Source: Carcharhinus longimanus
Taxonomy: Eukaryota
DNA: 64,000 nt
Direction of reading: 5' to 3'
Assembly: GCA_030264375.1 (NCBI GenBank)
Contig: JASCQW010000133.1
Span: 34,354,076-34,418,075, forward strand
In this document: positions 12,552 to 25,264 of the stretch, piece by piece
Layout: each line of letters opens with the position of its first letter
How positions within the stretch are numbered: the stretch's first letter is position 1
The notes under the pieces: generated by a model
The model's database searches: none
The model's input: only the letters and a program-made list of their open reading frames with translations
What the model was told of the DNA's origin: nothing
Made by a program: the position numbers and the translations under genes

Positions 12552-12577
12552 CAACCTGGTGTTGAGAGACTTCTTAG
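11547..12577. mobile_element. Penelope-like terminal-repeat insertion, fold-back arrangement, 12-bp TSD
   Basis: Begins gatgtggagatgcc; TSD taagatcaccgt (11535-11546) / taagatcactgt (12578-12589); contains CTGATGA..GAAA motifs. Confidence 0.75.
11640..11680 (-). ncRNA. minimal type I hammerhead ribozyme motif (Penelope-associated)
   Basis: Minus strand ccacttacCTGATGAaGGAacagcacTCCGAAAgcTAgtgg: both core boxes, short stem II, palindromic AGCT stem III, ccac/gtgg stem I. Confidence 0.6.
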
Positions 12578-12856
12578 TAAGATCACTGTGCCAAGGCAGA
12601 AGAGCAGAAGCCCTGTGGCAGCAGAAATTGAATCAATATGGCGCTACAATAAACCACTTCCTCATCATGTATCCCACAGCTCGCCCACCCAGCTTCAACT
12701 GCTACGCCAACTTTGGGAACTTTTCAACCATTTCCACCCTGGCCAATGCTTTTGTGCAACATATCAGTGCAAGTGGGGCCTTGCAGGGAACAGCCTGCAG
12801 CAGTGGTGCACCCCAATCAATGACTTGCATTATTCAAGACTGCCCCTTATTTTTCT

Positions 12857-13378
12857 GATTTGATTTAATATTGTCACATCCATTAGCATACAGTGAAAAG
12901 TACACAGACAAAGCATAGTGTTCATAGAGGAGAAAAGGAGAGGATGCAAAATGTAGTGTTCGATCCATGGCTAGGATGTAGAGAAAGATCAACTTATAAT
13001 GAGGTAGGTCCATTCAAAAGTCTGGCAGCAGGCAAGAAGCTGTTGTTGAGTTGGTTGGTACGTGACCTCAAACTTTTGTATGTTTTTCCTGACGGAAGAA
13101 GATGGAAGAGGGAATGTCTGGGTTGCAAGGGGTCCTTAATTATGCTGGCTGCTTTTCCGAGGCAGCGATGTGTAGACAGAGTCAATGGATGGGAGGCTGG
13201 TTTACATGATGGACTGGGCTTCATTCATGACCCTTTGTAGTTTCTTGTAGTCTTGGTCAGAGTAGGAGCCATACCAAGCTGTGATACATCCAGAAAGAAC
13301 GCTTTCTATGGTGCATCTGTAAAAGTTGGTGAGAGTTTTAGTGGACATGCCAAATTTCCGAGCTTTCTGAGAAAGTTT
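12857..13378 (-). mobile_element. Rex1/Babar-type LINE 3' end
   Basis: KAASIIKDPLQPRHSLFHLLPSGKTYKSLRSRTNQLNNSFLPAARLLN; (ATCAA)n-type tail. Confidence 0.8.
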
Positions 13379-14844
13379 GTTGCGATCCCAGTTGATGTTA
13401 CTCCTGGACTGGAAAGTCCGAGAATGGAACGCTGGTTCAAAATACTGTTACTTTTTTTTTTAGAAAATGTGGATAAGCAGAATTATAGGATTGCCAATTA
13501 CCTTTTAACAACAGATAAAAAAAAATTTTAAGAATCTCTAAGGTTACAAAATGTATCTTGTGCTATAATGTTTTCAGTAAATACACATTCTCTCTAAAGC
13601 AACAGATTGTGTGAGACATGCCCCACTCTGAAACCCAGTGGCAGGTGTCCCCCACTTGAACATTTGTGCACTTCTCCTCAAATCGCCCAGATGATTATCA
13701 CACAAATGTTCCCAAACTTCTCTCTCGAAAAGACCAGTCTAAGAATCTTTTTCCAAATGATGCTTTCTCTCAGCTGTTTTCAGCAAGGATCCATTTCCAG
13801 GAATTCCAGCTCTTCTTTCAGTATTCTTCTGCCTTGAATTGCCACAGGCATTTAAACTTCCCTATAATTTCTCAGGTACTCAGCCACACAAATATTGGGA
13901 TAAAGGTAACATGGTAAATTCAAGACAGATGAGGAGGAGTGCCAGATCTGCTTTTATAATTGCAAACATAACGGAAAAGCCAAACAAGGCAACCAAGTAC
14001 TAGCTTAGAAACTCCAATATCGTTCATTTTCATGGCACACTTGGGGCGGGGCGGGGGGGAGGGGGCTAATATTAGCCATATCATGTGGCATGGGAAGTGG
14101 GGAAAGGTTGGGAGATGAAAAATTGCTCAAGCCACGTTATTACAAAATCAGTGGATCAGTCTACCTTAAACAACAAGAGTTGCTAAAAAAAAAATCTTAA
14201 ACCCACTGAAATCCATAGCACTCATTGGTTTCTTCTATTTTACGTAATGTTCCAGGGCTGACCTTGTCAATCTCTTGATAAATGGGGTTTTATGCTGACG
14301 TTTCTTCGATTAAATATGCTGTTCTGCAAAAACATGGCGTTTTGACCTTAGTGCAGAGAAACAGTTTTTCAGATGCCCATTCAATCTGTTGGCAGTAGTC
14401 CCCAGAATTATGTATAGTCCTCTGTTTACGTAGCACTCGCTTTCCAGAAATATATACCTACTATTGTTTCAGGCTTGTTGCCAATTGCAATTACACAAAT
14501 TCTATAATTACAACACAAGCTCCTTGACAGCATTTAATCTTGACGCATTCATTTAGCACTTACAAAAACACAAATTTGTTTAAACCAATTTTTTGACACC
14601 TGAATAACTCTGATAATTCATAGTTTTGGAATGGTAAACATGTGCAAGAATATTAAAGCTAAGATTTTTCCTCCAAAGTAAGTTTTTTTTTTAAATCTGC
14701 CCGGCTATAATGAAGATGTGGAGATGCTAATGTTTCCCCCTGTTTGTAATTTTATGGTACTATGTGTAATTTTAATGTATGGTTGTCCATGTACATCAGA
14801 CAAGTTGCATTATAATCTTCAAATAGATAATTGTTTTTTAACAG

Positions 14845-14982
14845 GTATGGTGGATATTGCTCGTCAGACTGTTGAATTCCTGTACGAAGAAAATGGTGGC
14901 ATACCCAGAGATCTTTACCTCCCAACCATTGAGGACATTAAAGATGAAGCCAATAAATTCACAACAGATAAAGTTCGCAAAG
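14845..14982 (+). CDS. HECTD4: HECTD4 window exon 7
   Basis: aacag|MVDIARQTVEFLYEENGGIPRDLYLPTIEDIKDEANKFTTDKVRK G|gtaatt. Confidence 0.93.
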
Positions 14983-15354
14983 GTAATTATTTTTCCTGTT
15001 GCACTATAGCTTAATGGATCTATCATGTAATTGGTAGCTCTGCATTTCTCCTGCTCACAATGAGATGAATGATTTGCTTTTGGAGTAAGTTCTGTGCCCA
15101 TTCTGCTTATTTTACCTACAACAAGGTTCTTCCTCTGAAAAACTTGAGCTCTGTTTTATCAAACAAAACTACTTTCAAATAGCAAATATGTGGTTAGAAA
15201 AATCTTGCAGCAATGCAGTCAGAGGCAGCAAAGTCCTTCTCAATATATTTAAAAGGTAGTCTGCATCAGAGTTAAAGTTAAATGGCTTCCATCAGCAGCT
15301 GACCAGCCCAGAAAGCAACTTTGAGCATTACTGGTCTAGATCAACTGTGCTTTC

Positions 15355-15653
15355 GAGACCTTGGGGTCCTTGTGCATGAGTCGCAAAAACCCAGCTTGCA
15401 GGTCCAGCAGGTGGTCAGGAAGGCGAATGGGATGCTGGCCTTCATAGCGAGGGGGATTGAATATAAAAGTAGGGAGGTCTNNNNNNNNNNNNNNNNNNNN
15501 NNNNNNNNNNNNNNNNNNNNNNNNNNNNNNNNNNNNNNNNNNNNNNNNNNNNNNNNNNNNNNNNNNNNNNNNNNNNNNNNATCTTATTGAATGGTGGGGC
15601 AGGCTCGAAGGGCTAGATGGCCTACTCCTGCTCCTATTTCTTATGTTCTTATG
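15355..15653 (+). mobile_element. CR1 LINE 3' fragment spanning a gap
   Basis: RDLGVLVHESQK...KANGMLAFIARGIEYKSREV; tail ttcttatgttcttatg. Confidence 0.9.
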
Positions 15654-15824
15654 TCATCACTGGCCTGTACAAAACTTGAACTGACATTAATTAACTTGGT
15701 TTGGAGGAGCTCTGCGTGATCCAGAGAATATAGCATTTAATATGAACCTGACCTCTTTGGGTGAGTGAATACGTTTGTTCTAGTACAGTATTAAATAATG
15801 ATGGTTTGTTCTGTCTGGCTACAG

Positions 15825-15961
15825 GCCTAACTGTGGTGATCCGGTATCCAGACAGTAATAATCTCAACAGCAGCACTGGTGGTACTGCTTTACCAAAGTT
15901 TGCCATCCGAGGAATGATGAAAACTTTTGGCTTGAATGGAGTTGTTCTTGATGTTGATACG
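15825..15961 (+). CDS. HECTD4: HECTD4 window exon 8
   Basis: tacag|LTVVIRYPDSNNLNSSTGGTALPKFAIRGMMKTFGLNGVVLDVDT|gtaagc. Confidence 0.93.
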
Positions 15962-16915
15962 GTAAGCTTAAAAAAAAGTTTCAGATGAGAACATCAATCA
16001 CTTTAATTTATTGTCCCTAAATGAATAAATTGTGTAGTTTATTCAATACAATGGCATACAAAAATAGAGGAAATTCTAACGGGGGGGTCTCCTGTCCAGC
16101 ATCTGATATCAGTGCCACTGAATTGATAAAAGGCGTGGTTTGGTTCATTGTCTTTGTAGGTGAGGAAGATGTGTGATGCTGAAGAAAGGGAGAAAGTGAG
16201 AGTGCAGGAGGCCTTGTTCCACAAAGTCAGAAAATGCAACATGCCTGCAATCATTTGTTTCCTTTTTGACATCTCAAGTGATGTCAATCCCCAGTGCCTA
16301 AAGTAAATGAAATGTTTGGAAAGTATTTGTTTTAGTTCTGAATCAAAACACATGTTTGATGTGAAGCTCAACAAAGAACACAAGAAAATGACTCTCTTTT
16401 GTTGTAATTGGCCATGAATTCCACCAGTATGTTTGAGAACTACACGGGTGATTCCTAATGTTAGGCATTAAGCCAAAACAATTCTTCAGATTAGAACTTG
16501 GAGTCTTCACTTTTCTTGTTTTAGAAAAGCTATTAGTTTTATGTAACTCCAATATTGAAGAATATTGAGGAACCCAAATAAGTTTGGCTGTTTCTATGGA
16601 TCAGTGTGAATGCCAAACGTTTCTTTCGGAGTAGTGATGGGCTACTTTTATACACTGTTTGGACCAACTTATCAATTGTTTCAGATCTACAAAATGGTCA
16701 GCTTTAGCACTGAATAAAGCAGGAAACCAAATCAATTCACTGCCCACTGTCTTTTGCCTTTTTTCTTCTCTGCATCTCTATGCATGACAAGTATCCTGCA
16801 TTCTGGTTGTTTAATATTCACTCATTTTATTGTTTGCACTCCTGTTGTTATTTAAAATACCACTGCCATTACAGTTGACATAAAGCACACTGTCCATTCA
16901 TTTATCCAAATATAG

Positions 16916-17076
16916 GTAAATGAATTGGTTCAGGTGGAGACATACTTACGAAGTGAAGGTGTGCTGGTTCGTTATTGGTACCCAATTGATATGCTGGAAC
17001 GCCCTCCCACAGGATACAGACGCACAGCTGCTTATGGACTTGTCACCCTGGACAATACAAACATCCAGATTCACAG
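16916..17076 (+). CDS. HECTD4: HECTD4 window exon 9
   Basis: tatag|VNELVQVETYLRSEGVLVRYWYPIDMLERPPTGYRR...NTNIQIH AG|gtaggt. Confidence 0.92.
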
Positions 17077-18641
17077 GTAGGTTCTTTTAGAGTTAATGAT
17101 CATGTTTGAAACAAAGTGGAGTTTGAAGAACTGATCCCAGTGTGACTTCATTTGAGATCAACTGTTAAACAGTCAAGACCTGCAACCTATTGAATACTCT
17201 TTGAAACTCCAGTTAAGATGAGTTGGTAGTTTTGTTAAATAAGAAGTTGCTTTCAACATAAATTGAAAACTTTCATACTTGTGTGCTTCTACCGTGAATG
17301 TCAGTCAACCTTGAAATATATCAAATAGCCAGCCTGACTGGATGAAGGAGAAACTTTGCAGTTGCCTGAACAGACAATGCTTTATGCTATTGCTATCATG
17401 ACCATTGGTTTCAGTTTCCCCTGTAGCTATTTCTTTCTTAGGACCGTAGAACTATTGCACCATTTTGGGGATGATTTCATTCCAGTTTTTTAATTGTGAA
17501 TTCAGTATTTCTGAATAAAAAGCTGACAGTAAAAGTCTGCTTTTCAGTTGTATTAAGCATGTAGTGAGCTATTTGCCCATGCAAACAGTTCTCTTAACCC
17601 TAGAAGACAAAAAAAAAATTTTAAGTGCCTTGTTTCTACTTCATTTTAGATGAGGAAATAACCTTTGACACTACCTTGCTGTCTCTCTTTCTCCTACAGT
17701 CAACAGCTTTTAAAACTGAAACTTTCCCATTGAACTTTTTCTAATCTGTATGTTGACTTTGGTACTTCACCTTAGTTTGTAATTTTAAAAAATAAGGTGT
17801 GCTGCAAATGAATTAGTCCAGTTATGAAATGGCCATTAACTTAAAGCCTGACTGCTTTCATTTCATAACTCTTCCTTGTTTCCCTTACTGACATTATCAG
17901 TATTCAGCGTTCAGTGCTAAAAATGCTGTATGAGAACAGAAACCAAGCGCTAGGTTAAAAATGTTTTTTTTCAAGTGCTTGTAGTAGTAACCAGACTCCT
18001 GTGTACATTCTGATACTTGAAATATAATTATACACTGACACTGCCAAAGATGAATGGAATATTTAGATTTTTCATGTGGTCTTTACAAGATTTTTTTGAA
18101 GAACAGTTCCTTCTAAACTGGCTGCTTGCATATTCTTCTTTGTCTTATTCTCAAACTATTGATAATCCAAAAAAAAACATATTTTTCACACCTTCAATAT
18201 TGAGATTATTTTTGTCTTTCTGCCTTACTGTTTTTCTCACCGCCTTGTCCACCACTTGCATCCCAACAACAGATACAAGTGCACATTCTTGATGATTCAC
18301 TGAACGAAATGGACAATGAGATAAGAAATGCTGATGCCATGTGCTCAAAAACAACATTCCCATTATTTGGTCTGGTGCGAGTGTGACTTAGATAGGAAAG
18401 ATGTCACAGTGGAAATAAAAACATTTCTCCCTAATCTGCAAACCACTCCCCCCCCAACCTCCCAGCAAGTTTTATAGTGGACAATTGTGGGTGATTCGTC
18501 TTCTTCCCTGCTGCCATCAAATTTTTGAATGGACCTACCATATATCAAGTGGATCTAATTGGACTTCTGAGGTCTTATTCTCAATTGTTCCTTTTTTCCC
18601 ATTTGTCTTATGTATTTTCATCATTTCACTGCTGCTTACAG

Positions 18642-18823
18642 AGAGTTACTGCGTTGTGAAGCTTCTTTGGCCAGACTGTACTGCCGTATGGCACTGCTGA
18701 ATATCTTCGCTCCCAAGTCACCACACACGTTCACCCGACTGTTCCATATTCCTGCGGTACGGGACATCACCTTGGAGCACCTGCAATTGTTGTCCAATCA
18801 ACTGTTGGCCCCACCACTATCAG
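18642..18823 (+). CDS. HECTD4: HECTD4 window exon 10
   Basis: ttacag|ELLRCEASLARLYCRMALLNIFAPK...LLAPPLS G|gttggt. Confidence 0.92.
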
Positions 18824-19883
18824 GTTGGTAATGATCTGGAGCTGAAAATAACCTGCTTGTATATTTTCAATCAATTTAAAATAATTGCAGTTTGTTCAGG
18901 AGGCATGTTTGCCTTATTGCAGCAAGCTGGGAAGGAGCAAACTTCCATTCAGTACTTCATTGTTTTAAAAAAAAAAGTTGGAAATTTTATATCTGATAGA
19001 TATATTATGGCTAAGAGTGAATGAAGGAGGAGAGAGAACCAAACGTATACTTGAAAATTTGTAGACAAGTTAGCTACTGTCACTATTCGTCTCCTAGGAG
19101 TTATTTCTTAAGCAATGCAAGAGAGCACAAATTTACTTGTTCCTTCCAGCTGTGGAATGATGTTTGGTGAGCCCAAAAACTAGGAAACAGAGAAAATAGA
19201 TTTTTTTAATATGAAGAAACTCTTCAATTTAAAATCTAGAAGGTAATCCCTTGCTTTATACTTTCTAGCTCTTTGTATGAGGAGTGTACCCTATGTGGCA
19301 GTTGTATCTACATCTTTGCTTTTAACGCTTCAGTGTAGGATGTCAGGAATGTGTTAATATTTCCTTTGTGATTGTGTGATAATTACTGTGAAACAACAAC
19401 CATATTTCTGTTGATGCAATTCTATAGTCTGATAGACACAAAGAGAATTGGAATCCAGTTAACGAGACAACCATGTTATGAGCCTGATGTTGTTGGTTTG
19501 GTACACCGGTGACTCGAGATATCTGGGAGCGGCTTGGCGATAGACATTCGCCTTTCATAATCCTCCAGTCAAGTTTGGGAAGTCAAGGGAGAAATGTGTT
19601 AGGGCGTTGTATAAGAGTAACTTTCTCTGGCTGGTAAAACCTCTTTAGTTCACTTAAATAAAATTGGCATCAACAAAGTTGGGAACCATGAATAATTGAG
19701 TCCTCAATTCATGTTTCATCCTTGCTTGTAAGAGTTTGTGTTGATTAATTCCTGTAGGGGTGGGGGTGTAAATGAGTGAAGAAAATTCATCAAAGTGCCA
19801 AATGCTTGAAATAAGATCCTGTATCTGAAAAAGAGAGGTCAGTGAAATAATTGAAGAAATTTATTCTGTATCTTTCTCTGCAG

Positions 19884-20089
19884 ATGGAACAATCAGCTCC
19901 AATTCAATTCTTTTGGCTCAGTCTCTCCAACACTGTAACCAGGGTCAGAACTGCTCTCCCACTGACCTGTTCTACCAAGGCAACTCCAATTCCATCAGGG
20001 AATGGCTTACAGTTGCTATAACACGAGCCTTACACCAGGGTGAAGATAGTTTGTTGGACTTAACAAAGCAGATCTGCTCTTTCCTACAG
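19884..20089 (+). CDS. HECTD4: HECTD4 window exon 11
   Basis: ctgcag|GTISSNSILLAQSLQHC...LLDLTKQICSFLQ|gtagaa. Confidence 0.92.
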
Positions 20090-20689
20090 GTAGAATTCCT
20101 TCAATTTTTATTTAACAAACTGGAATTTAATTTTTTTTATGAAACTAGATTTACCACCATTATCCAAACACTTATTCTGTTGGCTGCTTGTTTAACAATA
20201 ACCATCTAGGTTAACAAAAAATGCATCTAGAATTGGACAGGTAGTGCCAATTATGGCTCTTAAAGGTGTAGAGATTGGAGGAGAAATTCAAGTGGAGGAC
20301 ATATTGGGAAAGAATGAGGGGAATATGAACTGATACATGGAATCAGTGTTTCATTTCAGGACAGTGCAAGCCTCAAAGTTCACACAGCAGTATGCAGGTA
20401 GTCTCTTCTCAGAAGGTGGGAAAATTGGAAGAAGTTCCTCCAGACCAGAGGAATGTATTAAAAATAATGTTTGATGTTGAGTTTTATGCATTACTACTCT
20501 CAAGTCCCTGAATAGAATGCTGGGAATACATAACAAATCAGTCAGCAACTGAAAAAAAATGGCTGAAATGCTCAGTGAGCCTCTTAAAAAGATTTCTGCA
20601 TCATCAGTTGGAGGAAATAGATAGATTCTCAGCTCAGTCACTTCCTGTCCCTTTCAACCCTCTCTTCCCTGGTTGTGATTTGCAACAAA

Positions 20690-21060
20690 ACTGGTCTTAG
20701 TGCAGTTCAGATGCTCTGGTACAGCCTACACTTCCCCAGTACTGATGCCAGTGCCCCATGAACTGAGACCCACTTCTCCCACACCAGTCCTTGAGCCACA
20801 TATTCATCTCTCAACATTTTTGTGCCTAATGCAAATTTGCACATGGCTCAGATAATAATCGAAAGATTATAACCATGGAGGTTCTGTTAACATAGTGCCT
20901 GGCACCTCAAATTCTCTGTGCAGAACCTCTTTCCTTGTTCTATCCAAGTCGTTTATACCTATGTTGACTATGACAATTGGGTTCTCCCCTTCCCACTGCA
21001 AGTTCCTCCCCAGCCCAGAGCAGATATCCGAATCTTGGCAGCAAGCATACACACCAATGT
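20690..21060 (-). mobile_element. CR1 ORF1 (SGNH esterase-like) fragment
   Basis: RNLQWEGENPIVIVNIGINDLDRTRKEVL resembles the CR1 ORF1 VVVHVGTND motif. Confidence 0.7.
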
Positions 21061-21929
21061 CTGAACTTTGAGTTATAAACACAGGTTACTGACCATGTCT
21101 GGCTGAAAACTACTTTGAGATGACAGCAAAACAGAATAAACATCTGTGCTACGAAGCACAGTTCAGTTGAGCACACCATGTCAATCCCAATCACATTGGG
21201 CTTTGAAAGTTAGAGGGAAAGTTATCTCTAGGTGTTGATGTGTGCTAAATCCTGGCAGAAGCAGCAACAATGTCAATTGAATGTAAGAAAATGCAAATTG
21301 ATTTTTCAACCGTTTTGGGTGGGCTCCCAAACATACCAATTTTTTGTGGTAAAATAGGAATGGGTATGAAAATGGGCACTATACCTGCTAGTCGCATCAT
21401 ACCCAATTTTACAGTATTTTCTGGCTGCAAAACTGATGCCATGAGGTGGCAAAATTCTGCCTCAGGTCTTTTCCCTTAAGGTGAGGTCCCTGGTTGCTAA
21501 GCAACAGCTCATAGTTTCTCCAAGCTGGACTTTTTTCTATGCTGTAAACATTAAGCACAAAACATCGCATCCAAGCTCTGCAATCCTGCCACATCCAGTC
21601 ACGAATAATGGTTGACAATCAAACAGCCAACAGGAAGAAGAGGCTCCACAAATATACCCATCCCCAGTGGTGGCGGAGCCCAGCACATCAGTGCAAAACA
21701 TTATTTAAAACAAAACCCCAAATGTGCAAACTCCTTTTGTCTTGACATGAATCTAACTACAGCTTTACGCCCTCTTACACAAAAATACTACTTTAAACTC
21801 GTTTATGTCTATATTTTATTTCTAACTTCCACAAATACAAACATGGATCCCTTAAAACTATCTCTGCTTCCTGACGATGGTGACCTGCTTCTGAAGTATG
21901 GCACTCCATCTGGCAGATGGAGATTATTC

Positions 21930-23515
21930 TGTCACACTCCTGACTTTGCTTTGTAGATGATGGACAGATTTTGGGAAGTCAGGTGGTGAGTCGCTGTCCA
22001 GAGAATCCCCAGCTTCTGACTTGCTCTTGTGGTTACAGTATTTATTTGGCTAATCCAGTTTTTAGTCGATAGTGACCCCCAGAATGTTGATAGTGGAGGG
22101 ATTTGGCAATGCGAATCAGAAGGAGATGATTGAATATTCTCTTGTTGGAGATTGTTGTTGTGTGGTGCAAATGTTACTACCACTTACCCCAAGCCTGAAT
22201 ATTGTCCATCATTACTGTATATGAGCATGGGCTGCTTCAGTACCTGACAAGTTATGAATGGTGCTGGGCATGGTGCGGTCATTAGCAAATATCCCCATGT
22301 CTGATCATACTGGGGGAGGATCATTGATGAAGCAGCTGAAAATGTTTGGACCTAGGACACTACCGTGAGGAATTCCTTAATGTCCTAGAACTGGAATGAT
22401 TGACCTCCAGTCACCACCACCGTCTTCCTTTGTGCGAGGTATAACTCCAACCAGAGGAGAGCTTTCCCCAAAATTTTCATTGAATCCAGTTTTGTGAGGT
22501 CTCCTTGATGCCACATTCTGTCAAATGCTATCTTGTTGTCAAGGACAGCCACTCTTGCCTCCCCTCCTGAATTGAGTTGTTTTGCAGAACCCAAACTCGG
22601 TGAGCAGGTCATTGCTGAATAATTGCTGTTTGATAGAGTGTCAACAAACCATTCTATCATTTTTCTGATCATCGAGAGTAGACTGATGGGGCAGTAATTG
22701 GCCAGTTTGCATTTGTCTTTTTGTGGACAGTGGGCAGTTTTCAGCATTGCTGAGTAAATGTCAGAGTTGTAACTACTGAAATAGCTTGGTTAAGTGTGTA
22801 GCTTTTTCTGGAGCACACACCTCAAGACTGGAATGTTGTTAGGGCCCTTGACCTTTGCAGTGTCCGGTGCCTTCAGCCCTACCTTGATATCATAAATGGT
22901 GAATCAAATTGACTGAAAACTGGCATTTATGATGCTGGGGACCTCAGGCGGAGGCAGAGTGGATCATCCAGTTAGCACTTCTGGCTGAAGGTTGTTGCAA
23001 GTGCTTCAGCCTTGTGTTTTGCACTGATGTGCTGGGCTGTGCCATCATTGGGGGGTGGGTATATTTGTGGAGCCTCTTCTTCCTGTTGGCTGTTTGATTG
23101 TCAACCACTATTGGTGACTGGATGTGGCAGGATTGCAGAGCTTGGATGCGATGTTTTGATTGTGGGATAACATAGCTCTGTTTATTGCATGCTGCTTTCA
23201 CTGGCATGCAAGTCATCCTGTAATGTAACTTCACAGGTTGNNNNNNNNNNAGGTTGACGCCTCAGCTTTAAGTATGTCTGGTGCTGCTCTTGGCATGCCC
23301 TCTGCGCTCTTCATTGAACACAGGTTGATTCCTTGGCTTATGGTAATGGTAGAGTGGGAGATATACCAGGCCAGGAGGTGTATACAATTACATAGCTGCT
23401 TTTAGCCCACACCACCTCATGGCTGTTTAATTTTGAGTTGCTAGGCCTGTTCAATATCTATCTCATTTCACACAGTGGTCGTGCCATGCCACAGGATGGA
23501 GGGTGTTCTCAATGT
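21930..23515 (-). mobile_element. decayed CR1-clade LINE ORF2 (second family)
   Basis: ANYCPISLLS...AVLDNKIAFDRMWHQG...LLWLELYLAQRKTVVVTGGQS. Confidence 0.8.
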
Positions 23516-23846
23516 GGAACAGTGTAGAAGGCTGAGCACAGAGACCAATTCATTTTGCTAGTTCAAACTGACCCATTAATTAATTCTCTTTCTCAGTTTA
23601 GTGCGTTTTCTATAAATTGTTTTTGTTTTACTGCATATGAGATAAATAAATTCTGTAATTTTAATGTTTGTGTCTGTAACTAATGTAATTTAGAATTAAT
23701 GCATTTGTTTTGTCATTTTGTGTTGCTGTGATTTTGTGATGCTGTGATTTTGTGATTGTAAAAGAGTTTTTAAATTACCCTTTCCCCGTGACAACACTAC
23801 CTTTTTTGTGACTGATCAAGCTGATGTTTATGTTGTTGCCCTGCAG

Positions 23847-23977
23847 CATTCACCCGAACAGTTTCCATCTGAAGAGTTCCCAGTGACAGAGTCAAAACTG
23901 AGCATGGATGTACATTTTCCAGGTGCTGCCTTTGTAATGGTGTCATGCAAGGAAAGTCCTGCAGGATTTCGGAAAGA
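23847..23977 (+). CDS. HECTD4: HECTD4 window exon 12
   Basis: ctgcag|HSPEQFPSEEFPVTESKLSMDVHFPGAAFVMVSCKESPAGFRK GA|gtaagt. Confidence 0.92.
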
Positions 23978-25264
23978 GTAAGTATGACTCTACCATTTAG
24001 AGGCAGTTTCAGTGTGTAAACTTGTATATTTAAGCCCTCAATCCTGCAGCTTCATTTGTCATTTCCTGCAATTGTTGTAATTTAAATATCTCGGAAGTTA
24101 CACCACATAAGTAACTGCAACTTATTTGGAATATAAGATACATGATCGTCATTCTCAAGCAGATCAATAAATGTTTATACTTGTGTAAAGATTTGACACT
24201 CTAGTTTAAATAGTTGTCACCTAAATCAGAGTTGGATTGGATTGGATTGCAGTTCTGGAAATTGAAGAACATGTTTGTACCACAAGGCATGCATAATACA
24301 GTCATCATTTTTGGAGACACCGTCACTAATCTCTGGCCTTAATTTGAACTTGGTTTTGTCAGAGATTATTGTAATTTCTGCTTCCTATCACCATCAGTTT
24401 TGTTGTTGGCAAGCAAACAAAAAGCGGCTTAATTGCCAGTAAGTTCTGAAAAACTAGATCTCTCTCACAGATTATGTAATAAGTGACAAGGCTACCTGAT
24501 CCAGGCAAGCCAGTGATTATCCCATAATGGCAACAACCCATTTATAATTGTCTATAAACAATGGGCTACAGCAAGATTGGGGTTAAAGAGGATCTGCAAG
24601 GTCCGGAGGTTTGTAAGAACCCTACCATTTTGATCACGCACGCTGTGGGAATCAATATGTGCAAGGCAAAAATCCAGAACAGTGGCCAGACATCGAATAT
24701 TTGGTGTGGACACCAAATCTTGGACCCCCAACAAATCTAAATGAATTGTACTCAGAATCTTGGGAATTCTGGAAAAGGATAAGATAACAGCACCTGTAGA
24801 AATACAACAAAGTTCACAAAGTAAAGAAGTTGTAGGAAAACGTAAGGACAACATGACCCAAAGATCAATTTCACTAAAACAAGGGCTGCAGCTTAAGGAG
24901 AGAACTTGATTTTCAACCACAGTGTTACTTTCACTTCAAACCAACAGACAGTACACAGGACAGTGCTGTGAAAGGATTGAACATGGGTACCTCAGCTGTA
25001 CGTGATGTGACTTATGCAATGCTACCCAAGGAAAGTGTGTTTGACATTTTGATTTTGCTGGTGAATGGTGCAGAATAAAAATAGGGATCTTTAAACTTGG
25101 CTGCAAGGAATAGCAAATTACCTTCACTTTAAAGGAATGGGAAAATTCACCAGTATTTAATCCATTAACTGGTGTTCACTGCTAAAAGTAAGAGTTTGGG
25201 CATTCTGCCAATGGTGGGCAGATCTCAATTTCACTGAAGGTTTGCTAACTTTAGAAATGTATCT

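Larger units (their letters stand above)
11030..12850 (+). mobile_element. decayed Vingi/Ingi (I-group)-like LINE ORF2, interrupted at 11547-12577
   Basis: KPSSSKIVSNIFHLH...LNGKRL...YLG, then LSKLAGSLWGAD; after the insertion a degenerate C-terminal zinc-knuckle region (KWGL...CSSGAPQSMTCIIQDCPL). Clade assigned from remembered motifs. Confidence 0.65.

Noticed and set aside
23724-23755. 16-bp tandem duplication tgctgtgattttgtga upstream of window exon 12
   Set aside because: Simple slippage in low-complexity TG-rich sequence; no evidence of function.
24540-25000. Purine-rich stretch that might be a retroviral or Gypsy remnant
   Set aside because: No diagnostic protein motif could be read in any frame.
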